Part shown: positions 22,340 through 35,727 of the stretch, piece by piece
How the letters are laid out: every line of letters starts with the position of its first letter
Position numbering within the stretch: position 1 is the stretch's first letter
NCBI GenBank assembly: GCA_950097015.1
Contig: CATNEN010000002.1
Span: 7,254,001 to 7,318,000, forward strand
Reading direction: 5' to 3'
Origin: Macrostomum hystrix
Lineage: Eukaryota; Animalia; Platyhelminthes
DNA length: 64,000 bases
Program-made: the position numbers and the translations under genes
Notes under the pieces: generated by a model
What the model saw: the letters and a program-made list of their open reading frames with translations, nothing else
The model's database searches: none
What the model was told of the DNA's origin: nothing

Positions 22340-24003
22340 CATCCAAACCCTTCACAGAACATTTTAGAGGCCCTACAAAACCTTCACAGAACATTTTAGA
22401 GGCCCTACAAAACCTTCACAGAACATTTTAGAGGCCCTACAAACCCTTCACAGAACATTTTAGAGGCCCTACAAACCCTTCACAGAACATTTTAGAGGCC
22501 CTAAAAAACCTTCACAGAACATTAGCCTACAAACCTTTCACAGAACATTAGCCTACAAACCCTTCACACAACATTAGCCTACAAACCCTTCACAGAACAT
22601 TAGCCTACAAACCCTTCACAGAACATTAGCCTACAAACCCTTCACAGAACATTAGCCTACAAACCCTTCACACAACATTAGCCTACAAACCTTTCACAGA
22701 ACATTAGCCTACAAACCCTTCACAGAACACTAGCCTACAAACCCTTCACAGAACATTAGCCTACAAACCCTTCACACAACATTAGCCTACAAACCCTTCA
22801 CAGAACATTAGCCTACAAACCCTTCACAGAACATTAGCCTACAAACCTTTCACAGAACATTAGCCTACAAACCCTTCACACAACATTAGCCTACAAACCC
22901 TTCACAGAACATTAGCCTACAAACCCTTCACAGAACATTAGCCTACAAACCCTTCACAGAACATTAGCCTACAAACCCTTCACAGAACATTAGCCTACAA
23001 ACCCTTCACAGAACATTAGCCTACAAACCCTTCACAGAACATTAGCCTACAAACCCTTCACAGAACATTAGCCTACAAACCCTTCACAGAACATTAGCCT
23101 ACAAACCCTTCACAGAACATTAGCCTACAAACCCTTCACAGAACATTAGCCTACAAACCTTTCACACAACATTAGCCTACAAACCTTTCACAGAACATTA
23201 GCCTACAAACCCTTCACAGAACACTAGCCTACAAACCCTTCACAGAACATTAGCCTACAAACCCTTCACACAACATTAGCCTACAAACCCTTCACAGAAC
23301 ATTAGCCTACAAACCCTTCACAGAACATTAGCCTACAAACCCTTCACAGAACATTAGCCTACAAACCCTTCACAGAACATTAGCCTACAAACCCTTCACA
23401 GAACATTAGCCTACAAACCCTTCACAGAACATTAGCCTACAAACCCTTCACAGAACATTAGCCAACAAACCCTTCACACAACATTAGCCTACAAACCCTT
23501 CACAGAACATTAGCCTACAAACCCTTCACAGAACATTAGCCTACAAACCCTTCACAGAACATTAGCCTACAAACCCTTCACACAACATTAGCCTACAAAC
23601 CCTTCACAGAACATTAGCCTACAAACCTTTCACACAACATTTGCCTACAAACCTTTCACAGAACATTAGCCTACAAACCCTTCACAGAACACTAGCCTAC
23701 AAACCCTTCACAGAACATTAGCCTACAAACCCTTCACACAACATTAGCCTACAAACCCTTCACAGAACATTAGCCTACAAACCCTTCACAGAACATTAGC
23801 CTACAAACCCTTCACAGAACATTAGCCTACAAACCCTTCACAGAACATTAGCCTACAAACCCTTCACAGAACATTAGCCTACAAACCCTTCACAGAACAT
23901 TAGCCTACAAACCCTTCACACAACATTAGCCTACAAACCCTTCACAGAACATTAGCCTACAAACCCTTCACAGAACACTAGCCTACAAACCTTTCACAGA
24001 ACA
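22340..24003. repeat. 26-bp satellite (CCTACAAACCCTTCACAGAACATTAG)n, preceded by about five 32-bp related units
   Basis: Direct. Confidence 0.97.
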
Positions 24004-24541
24004 CCTGAGTGCCTTACAAATTCTGACTGAACATCAGAGTTACTTGTTTACATGAAATATAAAAATGTCAACAAATTTTCCTAATGTACTAAGTATTTTC
24101 GGGTCGCATTGTGGCGCCCAGAGCCCATTGTGTACTTCATATTGAATTAACTAACTCCGCCACAGCAGCCTCAGAGATGGCTAGATCTGAAAATTTATAC
24201 GGCTGAATTGGCCACCCAAGGCACCCCCTGCTGGACCTTATCTATCTAATCTGCGAACGGATTAAAGGAAGTTGGTTAGAGCGGCTGACAGGGAAATCTG
24301 CATTCAAAGAAACTGATTGGAATAAATGCTGCGAGCTGATCGCGACAGACTCCCCCCACCCTCCTCTCCTCATCTGCTTTATTGGCGGCCTCTGGAATCT
24401 CACTCATGCTCAAGGCAATCGGCCCCCTTAATCCCCACTCAGCCCAATGAGATCCCCAAGGGATTCAATTGCGGGCTACCCGCCCCGGGGCAGTGCACGA
24501 ACCTCATCCTCATTTTCTTAGGACTCTGCCTGGTGTGGCTG

Positions 24542-25772
<1,231 letters not shown>

Positions 25773-26365
25773 TAATCTGTCCATCTAAATATTTATCTAT
25801 GTCGCTTACTATTTACGAGCTACCAAAATATTTCAGGCCATTGTGTCCTTTAAATATGCTGTACTCTTTCTAGGTTTGATCTATATATATTCGCTATCTT
25901 TGCTACTTTTTGAAAGTAGCAATAGACGTTAACATAGCATTTCTACTTGTTTTGTATTTTTATCGATAATTATCGAATTTTTTTTCAAAAGACTTTTTGT
26001 CCAACACTATAGAAAATTAAACTCTCTCCTAATAATTTGAAGTAAAAAATTAGATTTGTTTAATTGATATCGAGCAGCAAAATATGGAACAATGAAGGAC
26101 GCGTGATGAGTTTTTCAGATTTGTTTTTCCTACTTCCCAGTTTTTTGTTAGACTCCCAGAATCGAAAGGTGAATTTTCGCAGAATTTAACCTTAGTTTTT
26201 GCAATTTAGTTATATAGAAGGTAGAAATGATATTTAAGTATTCTACTGTGTACAGCTGTTCAGTCCACGGACAGGTGGCCGCCACACAAATTGTCTACCC
26301 CAACTAGGTTTTCTAATTTAACCAACGTCTTGCGCAAAGATTTTACTAGCTATGTTGATAAAAAA

Positions 26366-26470
26366 TTATTATTATTATTATATTAATTGCAGGAGGGCTG
26401 CGGGCCATGGCATATCACTTCGTGACAGTAGACCCGCAGCCAGCGAGGAGGCAATTCTGCCCATTCAGTT
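26366..26470 (-). mobile_element. SINE 3' fragment with tail
   Basis: TTATTATT...TTGCAGGAGGGCTG...GACCCGCAGCCAGCGAGGAGGCAATTCTGCCCATT matches 62414-62510. Confidence 0.8.
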
Positions 26471-27282
26471 GGGCAGAATCGAGCTCAGGAATCTTCAGAC
26501 GAGACGAGACGAGGTGCGAGAGGCGAACGCGTCAGACCGCTTGGTGTAGGAACTATAGGACGCTTGTGAGTACAGAACTGATTCCATTCGACCAATCGAT
26601 TTCACTCATGTGGCTTCAGTCCGAAAAGCGTCTGAAGCTAAAAAAAACAATCATAAACTGCTTTGCTCCCCCGGGAACTTTCATTCAAAGACTCCCTCAG
26701 TGCGGCCCCAGGATTTGAGCGCCAGAAGTAGGAATCGCAATCGAATTATGCCCCTAGTCCGGCTTGAAGTGTTATAAAACTACAGAAAACTGCTCAAGAC
26801 AGGAAAAGGACGCCACAGAAATATATTCGTGCGCTTTTCTGATCTTCCGTGACCCGCGGACAGTCCCCAGTAGAAGAGGAAATCGAATTTACATTCTCTG
26901 ACTTCTCAGGGAGTGGACAGAGGGGATTTCTAGATCATTGAAGGCGGACACGATTGAGTGAAAGCGCACTCTATTTTATCCCCTCAACTCCTGGGGATTT
27001 CGGTCCTTGCAGCTGCGACTGGTCGGAGCAGATTTTCAAATCGAGTTATTCCTGCCTCTGCAAACCCTGAATTAAAGAACGGCCTCCCACGCGTGGCCGC
27101 TCACCGCGCCGGTTGCGTCGCCAACTCGAATAATTGGGCAAGAATTGTCCAGCCCAGTCGGGTCTTTGCGGTTGGCAAAAGTTCATATCTGAGACGGGGT
27201 CTCAAACTCGATTTGGTTGACTGCACTAATACAGGATCTAATTGGATGTAGGCGTGGACAATTTTCTACTATACTTCTACAG

Positions 27283-29303
27283 AAATTTACAGCAACAACA
27301 ACAAACTAGTCCCGCCAAACAGGCCACTTCAGAAACGGGAAAGAAGCCAGACAGGGCGCTTTCAGGCCAATCGACCCCAAAAAGTCACAAAAACATGCTT
27401 TTTCCTGGATGCCAGCTGCTACGATGCCAGCTGCTCGTATCAAGAGCCGGTCAGGGCCTCGCCAAGGCAGCCGAGCCCTGAGCCTGAGTCGTCCAGAGCC
27501 ACGGATTTGAGCACAGAGGCCCTGGCCAATCCTCGTCGTCTCACCAGGTCGTTAACGACGTCCGGCACGAGGCCATCGGCGAGCGAGCGCGTGCTGGGCC
27601 GCCTTCCAGGGTCAGGGAGCGATAGTGAGTCGGTGCAGCAGATAAGGCCATCGGAGTTCAGCAAATTGGGCCGGGCAAGAAGTGCCTCTAGGCCCGGGGC
27701 GGAGCGCGGCCACCTCCGCAGGGAAGGACGAGGTGACTGCTCCAGCTGGGGCGCGGAGCCTGGCAACAACAGCGCTGTTGGCGAGAAGGATGGCTCCGGC
27801 GCCGCCTTTCTCCGTCCCTCCGGCGGTCGAGCCGTCCAGGGCCAACGCTCGGGAAGCGGCAGCATCCCGTGATGACCCTCGCCGCAACCCTGTGTGTTAT
27901 CGTTTATCATTATCGTTTCTGCAGCTCTGTATTTGATCTCGGCTGGAGTTCGGAGGGCACTGTGAAGACGACTGTCTTCCGCACATTCAACGTCTTTCGC
28001 AGCCGCAATGCGTCGGATCATGCAGCACCTTCAGCCGTCAATGGCAGCAGACCGTAAGGACTCTAGACTGTGCACGTCTGATGATGCGCTTAATTTGAAA
28101 TTCATACTAGGCCTCATTATCCGGATTTCAGTATCGATCTCTAGCAATGTAGAATTTTCTGGTTCTGTCAGGTACAGGTAAGTGACAACTGCAACCGCGC
28201 TGGGCTGATCTGTTTCTGATGGATTAAATTATAAATTCTGCCCTAGCACACTCCCACACAAAGCAGCTGCAGAAACGAGTGCGCCGCGTGAACCATGTGA
28301 CATTGACAATCTAACATCCTGTTCATTGTTACTGAACGAACCGAGTTCGCACTCGCCAAGAGCTTTGAGTTCAAGATACTCGTATTTTATCAAGCGACCA
28401 AATCGACACAGATGGGCAAAAGTCTTGAACGAAAATATCTTGACTTTAAGGACTAACAAATCGCTTAAATTAGACTGCAAAATACAATATCAATAACCTT
28501 GAAATATTTTTATACCTTTTAGCCTAGACTGTGCTGGGGTGCAAAAAGGCCTGGGATTTTCCTGCAATTTACGCCTTTGAGGGCCAACCTCACAGACCTG
28601 AAATCTGAGCACAGGCACTAGGCCAACGAAAATTAATTAATGAGAACTCATGACCGCTTAGCTGCTTCACCGCAACCTCTTGAACCAGACAATGCTAGGC
28701 AATGTCTAGGGTCGCACTTCACCAGATTCAAGAAAATGTCCTTTTTATCTCGGATTTGACTGCATCAGCTACCGTGAGCCAGACAAGGCTATCACAGTCC
28801 AAAGAAAAGACTGGCAGTCGCTGTCCCAAGTGGTTGAGCTGGCTCCTACTCTCCGCGGGAACAGTCTCATGGCCCGATTGTACTCCAAGCATTGAGTGGC
28901 TTCAATAGTCACGAAAGTGGCAATCACAAGTGCGCATTACGCGGGTCGCGAGACACTTTTATCGACTACAAGAATGAAACTGTTCTCCCACCCTTGTCCC
29001 AGGCCAGTCAAGTCAACGAGTCTGACTAGATTTGAGTAGTGCTTCTAGGAATAGTCTGTCCGTTAAAGGTAGAAAAAAACTAAAATTGAATGGTTTTGGA
29101 GCAGAAGATCGATGCTTAAAAAACACGGACTTGAGAAATGTTGTGTGCACAATCTTAACTTACCATTTACCCTGCTTGCCTTGCCATGTGTATTTGTGCA
29201 CCTGGACCAGGTGTTCAACGCGGCGGCGTCGGTTATATAGAGATGAAAAGCTGCGATCTATGATGCCCCAGAATATTGGGCAATGGCACTGCATCGCAAC
29301 TTG
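27283..29303 (+). CDS. Partial spliced gene of unknown function (S/R/P-rich)
   Basis: GC-rich exon about 27283-27868, then 27925-28053, a possible 6-nt exon 28172-28177, and 29211-29303. All junctions after the first exon are GT-AG in phase 2 and keep one open frame (…GSGSIP-SVFDLGWSSEGTVKTTVFRTFNVFR…). No family recognised; gene ends not found. Confidence 0.45.
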
Positions 29304-29504
29304 GTAGGAAACAAGAGATTAGTTGGGATTCTGTGGGTCCAACTGTCGCGCCCGTGCTTGCCGATCAGTTTTAGTGTCTAGTTTAGGTTTACACTGGCTA
29401 AAAAGGAAGATCAACAACTCAACTGCTCGATTGAAAGTGCGTTTTTTTATAAAGAGGCTTTGCACTCGGGATTTGGGAATGCGTGAAAATTAAAAACAAG
29501 CTTG

Positions 29505-29572
29505 AGGCTAACTCAGTTGGTAAGAGTTTTGGACACTGACTGAGATATCTGCAGTTCGAATCTCGAGTGGAA
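29505..29572 (+). other. tRNA-like remnant (A box TCAGTTGGTAAGAG, B box GTTCGAATC), probably a SINE head
   Basis: Pol III boxes at tRNA-like spacing but no intact cloverleaf. A similar decayed motif lies near 38380-38435. Confidence 0.35.
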
Positions 29573-30104
29573 TCTTAATCTCAATCATTGAACCAGACAT
29601 TTTAACTCCAAGACTGTACTTTGTTTTTGGATGCGGCAACGCAACAACCGCAGCCACTGGCTGTACATTTGACCCGATTATGCTAGCCGTAACTTCTATC
29701 CTTCCATTTTTCTATTTATTTATGTCTATGGTAAGAAATAGCTTTGAAAAAATATAGGCATCTGTGACTGCGTACTTTTCTCTTTATAATTATGAAACTG
29801 TCGTAACATTCATAGTCTATGGCGAAATCTAGTTTGTATCGAAACTTGCATAGCATGCATGGCTATCTTTCTATTTGCTAACCCTTCCAAGTATAAGCAA
29901 ATAAACTGATTAGTCTAATAATCTGGTTTAGATTTTCTTAAAATTTTGTTCCAATAATGCTGTACTGAGGCACGTCTCGTGACTTAATTAATGTCGTTTT
30001 TATCTTTTGTCTACATAGCATTTATTTGGTATATGATGGCAAAATAATGTACGCATACTGTACGCATAAAACACGTTCAGTGAACATTTATACCTTTCAA
30101 TTTA

Positions 30105-30310
30105 GGATGCGATGTGCGTCAACCCCTCCACTTATGACGCGATGTACATCAACCCCTCCACTTATGACGCGATGTACATCAACCCCTCCACTTATGACGC
30201 GATGTACATCAACCCCTCCACTTATGACGCAATGTACAATCAAACCCTCCTATTATGGCGCAATGTGTATTTCAAACCAATTTGCGTCAACCCTTCACTT
30301 ATGACGTAAA
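30105..30310. repeat. 30-bp minisatellite (ACATCAACCCCTCCACTTATGACGCGATGT)n
   Basis: About four good units plus degenerate ones. Confidence 0.9.
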
Positions 30311-31127
30311 TAGTGTTTGAAGTCACGCAGCCTTATAAAGGAAAAGGGAATACGCTCGTAAATAAGTAATCTACAGTCTTATCTACCAGTCCAGGCCTCT
30401 CTTATCTGTTGCATTCAGTCCTAATTGTGGCGAATGATAAAGATAATCACGCACACTAAAGATTCGGAACTGAGTGCGAAGTTGTGATTAATAGGCAGAC
30501 AGAATGCGGAAGGAGACTCAGCTAGCAAGGTAAATGCGAAGATTGCATGAGAAGGTCGCCCCAACACAGCCAGCTTTTAAAGGTAAACCAGGCGAGTTTA
30601 GGCAAAAGTGCGAGCTATCAGGTGAGCTGTGCAGCAATTGCCAGACTTGGCCATGTGGAGAGCCTCAGAGGGTAAGAAGAGAACAGGAGGACAAGAAGAT
30701 GGATGAGAGCCAGGACCTGGCGTTAACGAGGCCTGTCAGCTGATTCGGATGTGGAACTTACCTCTACTTGCCTCTACTTATCTCTACTCATAAAGCGAGA
30801 TTGGCTTTGAGCCGCATGGCTGGACAGGTGTCACTCCGTCATCCTTCCGGGCCAGTGGGGGCAGGCCAGACGGGCTGGGGGCGGGCTACTATATATAGCA
30901 CCAGACACTGCCGACTGGTGACAGTGATTCGCCTCGGCAAACATGGATTTGATAAAAAATGCTGGCTGTGAAAATTCAATCATGCTGATGCACCGCCCGT
31001 CGGATTTAAATTAAAAATAAATTCACAACAGCTCACAGCCCTTTTTGTAGAAATTCGGCATTTTTAATACTTTTTTTCACTTCATAGCGATTTTTTCAAG
31101 AAAGAAGTCAACATTTTCGGACAATAT

Positions 31128-32357
31128 TGCCAGACACTGATAATCAGCTACCAGATGTACTGATATTCAGCTACCAGATATTGATATTCAGCTACCAGAT
31201 ACTGATAATCAGCTGCCCGATACCGATAGCCAGCTACCAGATACTGATAATCAGCTGCCAGACACTGATAATCAGCTGCCAGACACTGATAATCAGCTAC
31301 CAGACACTGATAATCAGCTACCAGATATTGATAATCAGCTGCCAGATACTGATAATCAGCTGCCAGACACTGATAATCAGCTACCAGACACTGATAATCA
31401 GCTGCCAGACACTGATAATCAGCTACCAGATACTGATAATCAGCTGCCAGACACTGATAATCAGCTACCAGACACTGATAATCAGCTACCAGACACAGAT
31501 AACCAGCTACCAGACACTGATAATCAGCTACCAGATACTGATAATCAGCTGCCAGACACTGATAATCAGCTGCCAGACACTGATAATCAGCTACCAGACA
31601 CAGATAACCAGCTACCAGACACTGATAACCAGCTACCAGACACTGATAATCAGCTACCAGACACTGATAATCAGCTACCAGATACTGATAATCAGCTACC
31701 AGATACTGATAATTAGCTACCAGATACTGATAATCAGCTACCAGATACTGATAATCAGCTACCAGATACTGATAATCAGCTGCCAGACACTGATAATCAG
31801 CTACCAGATACTGATAATCAGCTACCAGATACTGATAATCAGCTGCCAGATACCGATAGCCAGCTACCAGATACTGATAATCAGCTACCAGATGTACTGA
31901 TATTCAGCTACCAGATATTGATATTCAGCTACCAGATACTGATAATCAGCTGCCCGATACCGATAGCCAGCTACCAGATACTGATAATCAGCTGCCAGAC
32001 ACTGATAATCAGCTGCCAGACACTGATAATCAGCTACCAGACACTGATAATCAGCTACCAGATACTGATAATCAGCTACCAGATATTGATAATCAGCTAC
32101 CAGATACTGATAATCAGCTACCAGACACTGATAATCAGCTGCCAGACACTGATAATCAGCTACCAGATACTGATAATCAGCTGCCAGACACTGATAATCA
32201 GCTGCCAGACACTGATAATCAGCTACCAGACACTGATAATCAGCTACCAGATACTGATAATCAGCTACCAGATACTGATAATCAGCTACCAGACACTGAT
32301 AATCAGCTACCAGACACAGATAATCAGCTACCAGATGTACTGACACTCAGCTACCAG
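31128..32357 (+). repeat. 21-bp tandem array (CCAGACACTGATAATCAGCTA)n, possibly coding (PDTDNQL)n
   Basis: Direct repeat with a 737-bp higher-order duplication (31151 vs 31888); see findings. Confidence 0.95.
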
Positions 32358-33556
32358 AATTTCAACACTCTTTATTAATCAGTTTGAAACCAGTCTGCAG
32401 TTATTTTACACCCCAAAATCTGTCACAGCAAGCTTCCAAAAGGCGCCACTGTAGATTCATGAGCATTCCATCCAAAACAGCTCTACTCCAACTCATCCTG
32501 GTGTGTTATCTGCTAAAAGCTTTTCAACATGCAACCACATGAAGGCCTTCCTATTATGGCCTGCACCTAACTGAGTGCTCAAATGAGTGCTCAACTGAGC
32601 GAACAGCGAATCGGTAGCTCCCAGTCAAATGAATTAATTATTGTTAATGCTGGAAGAGACTGAATGCCTCTGTTGCTGCTCTCAGATAGTAATTCAATAT
32701 ACCGCATCCAGACAGCTGTGCAGTACGACGGCTCGCTCGATGCAGTCAGTGCCGAGTGCACTGTCGAGGCAATGACCGAGGCAACACCCCCCCCGAGGGA
32801 CAGCGCAATGGTCTGTAGGGATCTGTTGCACTTGTCTGCATTTGTTAGCCTTCAAACTCGGCTATGTAAAAAGGGCTAACAGGCGGAGACAGTCATCAGT
32901 GGATGTTAGACCAGTTCTGAAGTTTCTTCAGAAAATTTGATAAAATTCTGAAATCCGAACAACGTCAATTCACCCCTTTTAGATGGCTGGGTGTGATAAA
33001 ATTATTGTGCATTTCGGGGGACAAACGATTCTGATATGGAAAATCTAGTCTGCGGCCAGCACGGAATCCCACGGGATTCTTCCCTATCCAAAAGGTACGT
33101 TTCTGAGAAAGTTTGAAAAGTTGTGCTAATTTCCTGTGGCTCAGCCGGCCCCTCCACTTGGCTCTCTCCTCACCACTGTACCCCCCGCTCTCGATTGGCA
33201 TTCTCCTCGAAGTGCCAGGGCGCGACGCTGTGGCCTCTGAGGTCGCCATCGACCTGCTGGGCGCTGCATTCAGCATTCTCGCCTTCCGAATTTCAATTTT
33301 GATTCTAAGCCTCCCCCGGCCTGAGAGACTCTAGCCGGGGCTGCGCGGAACTGATCCCCAGGTCGCAGCCATTGGCCCAAACGCGTGGCCCAATCACAGC
33401 GGACTGACTTCAACAGGAATTTTAGCCCAGTTCAGGACTTCAAAAATACAATCGATGCGGCTGGAGCAACTCCTACAGGGTATATAGAACACTTGCATGG
33501 GCCAGACAGACACGTACACACAGGACCACCAGAACAACTTTCGTGGCAAATTCAGC

Positions 33557-34909
33557 ATGAACGCCAGCGACGTGATCGATACTGACCCGATGATGTCCGG
33601 GGACAGCGAACGGCTCTACCGCCAGCTGCTGCTGCCGTCCTACATCCTGAGCCTCTGCGTCTCGCTGGCCGCGCTGCTGTCTCTGGTCTTCACCCTGTGG
33701 ATCTTCGCGAGGAAGCGCGACGCTACAGCCGGTGCCAGAGGCATGGTGCTGCTGATCGTCACAGGCCTATTCACCGCCGCCGCACTCACCATCCTGCACG
33801 TCAGCAGCATCTACGGCCTGACTAGCGCCGGCGGCCCCGACTCCGCCGAGAACTCCAGCGTCGTAGCTAGCGCGCCGTCGTCGTCCATGGTGATGTTCGC
33901 AGATGCGCAGTACCTGGTGACCAACGCCAGCCTCCTGCTGCGCAACTGGTGGGTCACCTTCCTCACCGGCATCCGCTTCATTGTGATCCTCTTTCCGCTG
34001 CACGTCCCGGAGATCCTCACGCGGCGCCGCCAGTCTGTGGCTTTCGCTCTCATTCTCTGCCTCTCCATAGCCATCAGCGTGGTGAGGCATGTCGAAGAGA
34101 AGGCCTGCAGCTCGGTGGGGAACCAGACCGACCAGCAGGCTCAGCAGGCCTCTTGTGAGCGCTTCATTCTGTTCTTCTTCGTCATGCAGACCGGAATTCC
34201 AGTGCCGGCGGTGCTGGTGCTGTCTGTGGCTCTCGCAGTCCACCTCTGCGCCGCCAGGGAGCCGTCGGACGCGTCTACCGCGGCGGGCTACGTGCGACGC
34301 TCGGAATCGACTGTCTCGTCGAATGTGATCTCGACGAACTCGGCTGCCACGGTGGGCGCCGCCTGGCGGCAGCAGCACCAGCACGCGGCCTCTTCAGTGC
34401 TGAAGAACCGAGGCCGCTGCAGAAAGCGCAAGGCGACGAGAATTCTGCTGGTCCTGGCTGCCACCTTCACCGTGCTCGAGTTGCCGACCTTCGTCTACTT
34501 CATCATGCTGCACTTCTTCCCGGACGTTCGCAGCTCGAGCCGGGTCAAGGGCCAGCTGATCTTCTCCGGCTTCAACGCGCTGATTACTTTGGACACACTC
34601 GCAAACTTCTTCATCTTCTTTGTGTTCTCGGACTCGTTCAAGCGCGAAGTTCAGAACTGCTTCAGGCGCCGACTGCAGCTCCCTGAGCTCTGCCGCTGCA
34701 GAGACAAACGCCAACGGCTGCGGAACCTTCGCGATGGCGGCGTCGGCGGCCGCAGCTTCGGTGGCGCTGCCGAAGGCCTCGGCAGAGGCGGCGACGCTCT
34801 CGTCAGCAGCGTCAGCAACGGAGGCGGCGACCTCGACCTGGCTATTGTGGCGGACCATTCGCTGCCTGCGCCGACAGCAATGCCTGAACTGTATCCTTTA
34901 CGGGACTGA
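33557..34909 (+). CDS. Intronless class A (rhodopsin-like) orphan GPCR, FMRFamide-receptor/Srw-like
   Basis: Seven hydrophobic segments; TM3 end GIRFIVILFPL in place of DRY; TM6 ATRILLVLAATFTVLELP; TM7 LDTLANFFIFFVFSDSFKREV. The likely start is MNAS at 33557 (sequon N-A-S); an upstream in-frame ATG lies at 33497. Confidence 0.93.
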   Translation: MNASDVIDTDPMMSGDSERLYRQLLLPSYILSLCVSLAALLSLVFTLWIFARKRDATAGARGMVLLIVTGLFTAAALTILHVSSIYGLTSAGGPDSAENSSVVASAPSSSMVMFADAQYLVTNASLLLRNWWVTFLTGIRFIVILFPLHVPEILTRRRQSVAFALILCLSIAISVVRHVEEKACSSVGNQTDQQAQQASCERFILFFFVMQTGIPVPAVLVLSVALAVHLCAAREPSDASTAAGYVRRSESTVSSNVISTNSAATVGAAWRQQHQHAASSVLKNRGRCRKRKATRILLVLAATFTVLELPTFVYFIMLHFFPDVRSSSRVKGQLIFSGFNALITLDTLANFFIFFVFSDSFKREVQNCFRRRLQLPELCRCRDKRQRLRNLRDGGVGGRSFGGAAEGLGRGGDALVSSVSNGGGDLDLAIVADHSLPAPTAMPELYPLRD

Positions 34910-34959
34910 CTCGCAGTTGAAAATCTCCTGGTACACAAATCATTTCGCACTTTACTGTA

Positions 34960-35078
34960 TTGACTGACCGACTGACTGACTGACTGACTGACTGACTGAC
35001 TGACTGACTGACTGACTGACTAACTGACTGACTCACTCACTCACTCACTCACTCACTCACTCACTCACTCACTCACTC
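34960..35078. repeat. Compound (CTGA)n(CTCA)n microsatellite
   Basis: Direct. Confidence 0.95.
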
Positions 35079-35727
35079 AAATTAATATACTTCTTTTTGT
35101 ACAGGACCATGTGTCAGCAAGCAGTAATTCTAAACTTGCGCGCCCTGCTGCATCGGAAAGATATTCCAGTAGTGTACAACTGTAGTCGGGATCGGTATAT
35201 GATCACGTTGGAGATTTTCATTGAATATACTAGCTTTTGAAGGCCATTTTCACCTCTTATTTTTTAAGCGATATATTGTAGACCTGCATACCTGGAAATC
35301 ATATTCTTGTCCACCGGTTTTATATTATCTGTCTAAAAGATTTTCGCAAAAATGCTGCTCAGAGTAAAATAGCAATTTCAGTTCCACCCAATGTGGCATC
35401 CACAGCCTGAAATACAATGGCATTAGTAATGCTTCGGCTATTGTAAAGAAAACTGTTAGTTGAATCGCAAATTCAAGACTTTAATAATATAAATCTTCAG
35501 AGTTATACTCTAGCCTATAAGCCATAAATCCTCACACATTTTTGGCCCTCAGAGAATAAAGATAAGAAACTCCAATGCCGTTGCCGAGAGACAATGTGTC
35601 AGAACAATCTCGGATCTTAAAGTAACTTAAACCGATTTATTAATACAGCCAGAACTTTCTTAAGGATTATTGACGACACAAATTTGTCTCGGCTACGTGT
35701 GTTAAGCACCTGGTCGAAGTGTGCCAA

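Noticed and set aside
21400-24003. Possible CRISPR arrays among the 26-47-bp repeats
   Set aside because: Units are head-to-tail with no unique spacers, there are no cas genes, and the context is eukaryotic.
33767-34858. Several antisense or alternative-frame ORFs over the GPCR (also over CRAL-TRIO, Pcl and IAP)
   Set aside because: Shadow ORFs caused by high GC3 of the real genes.
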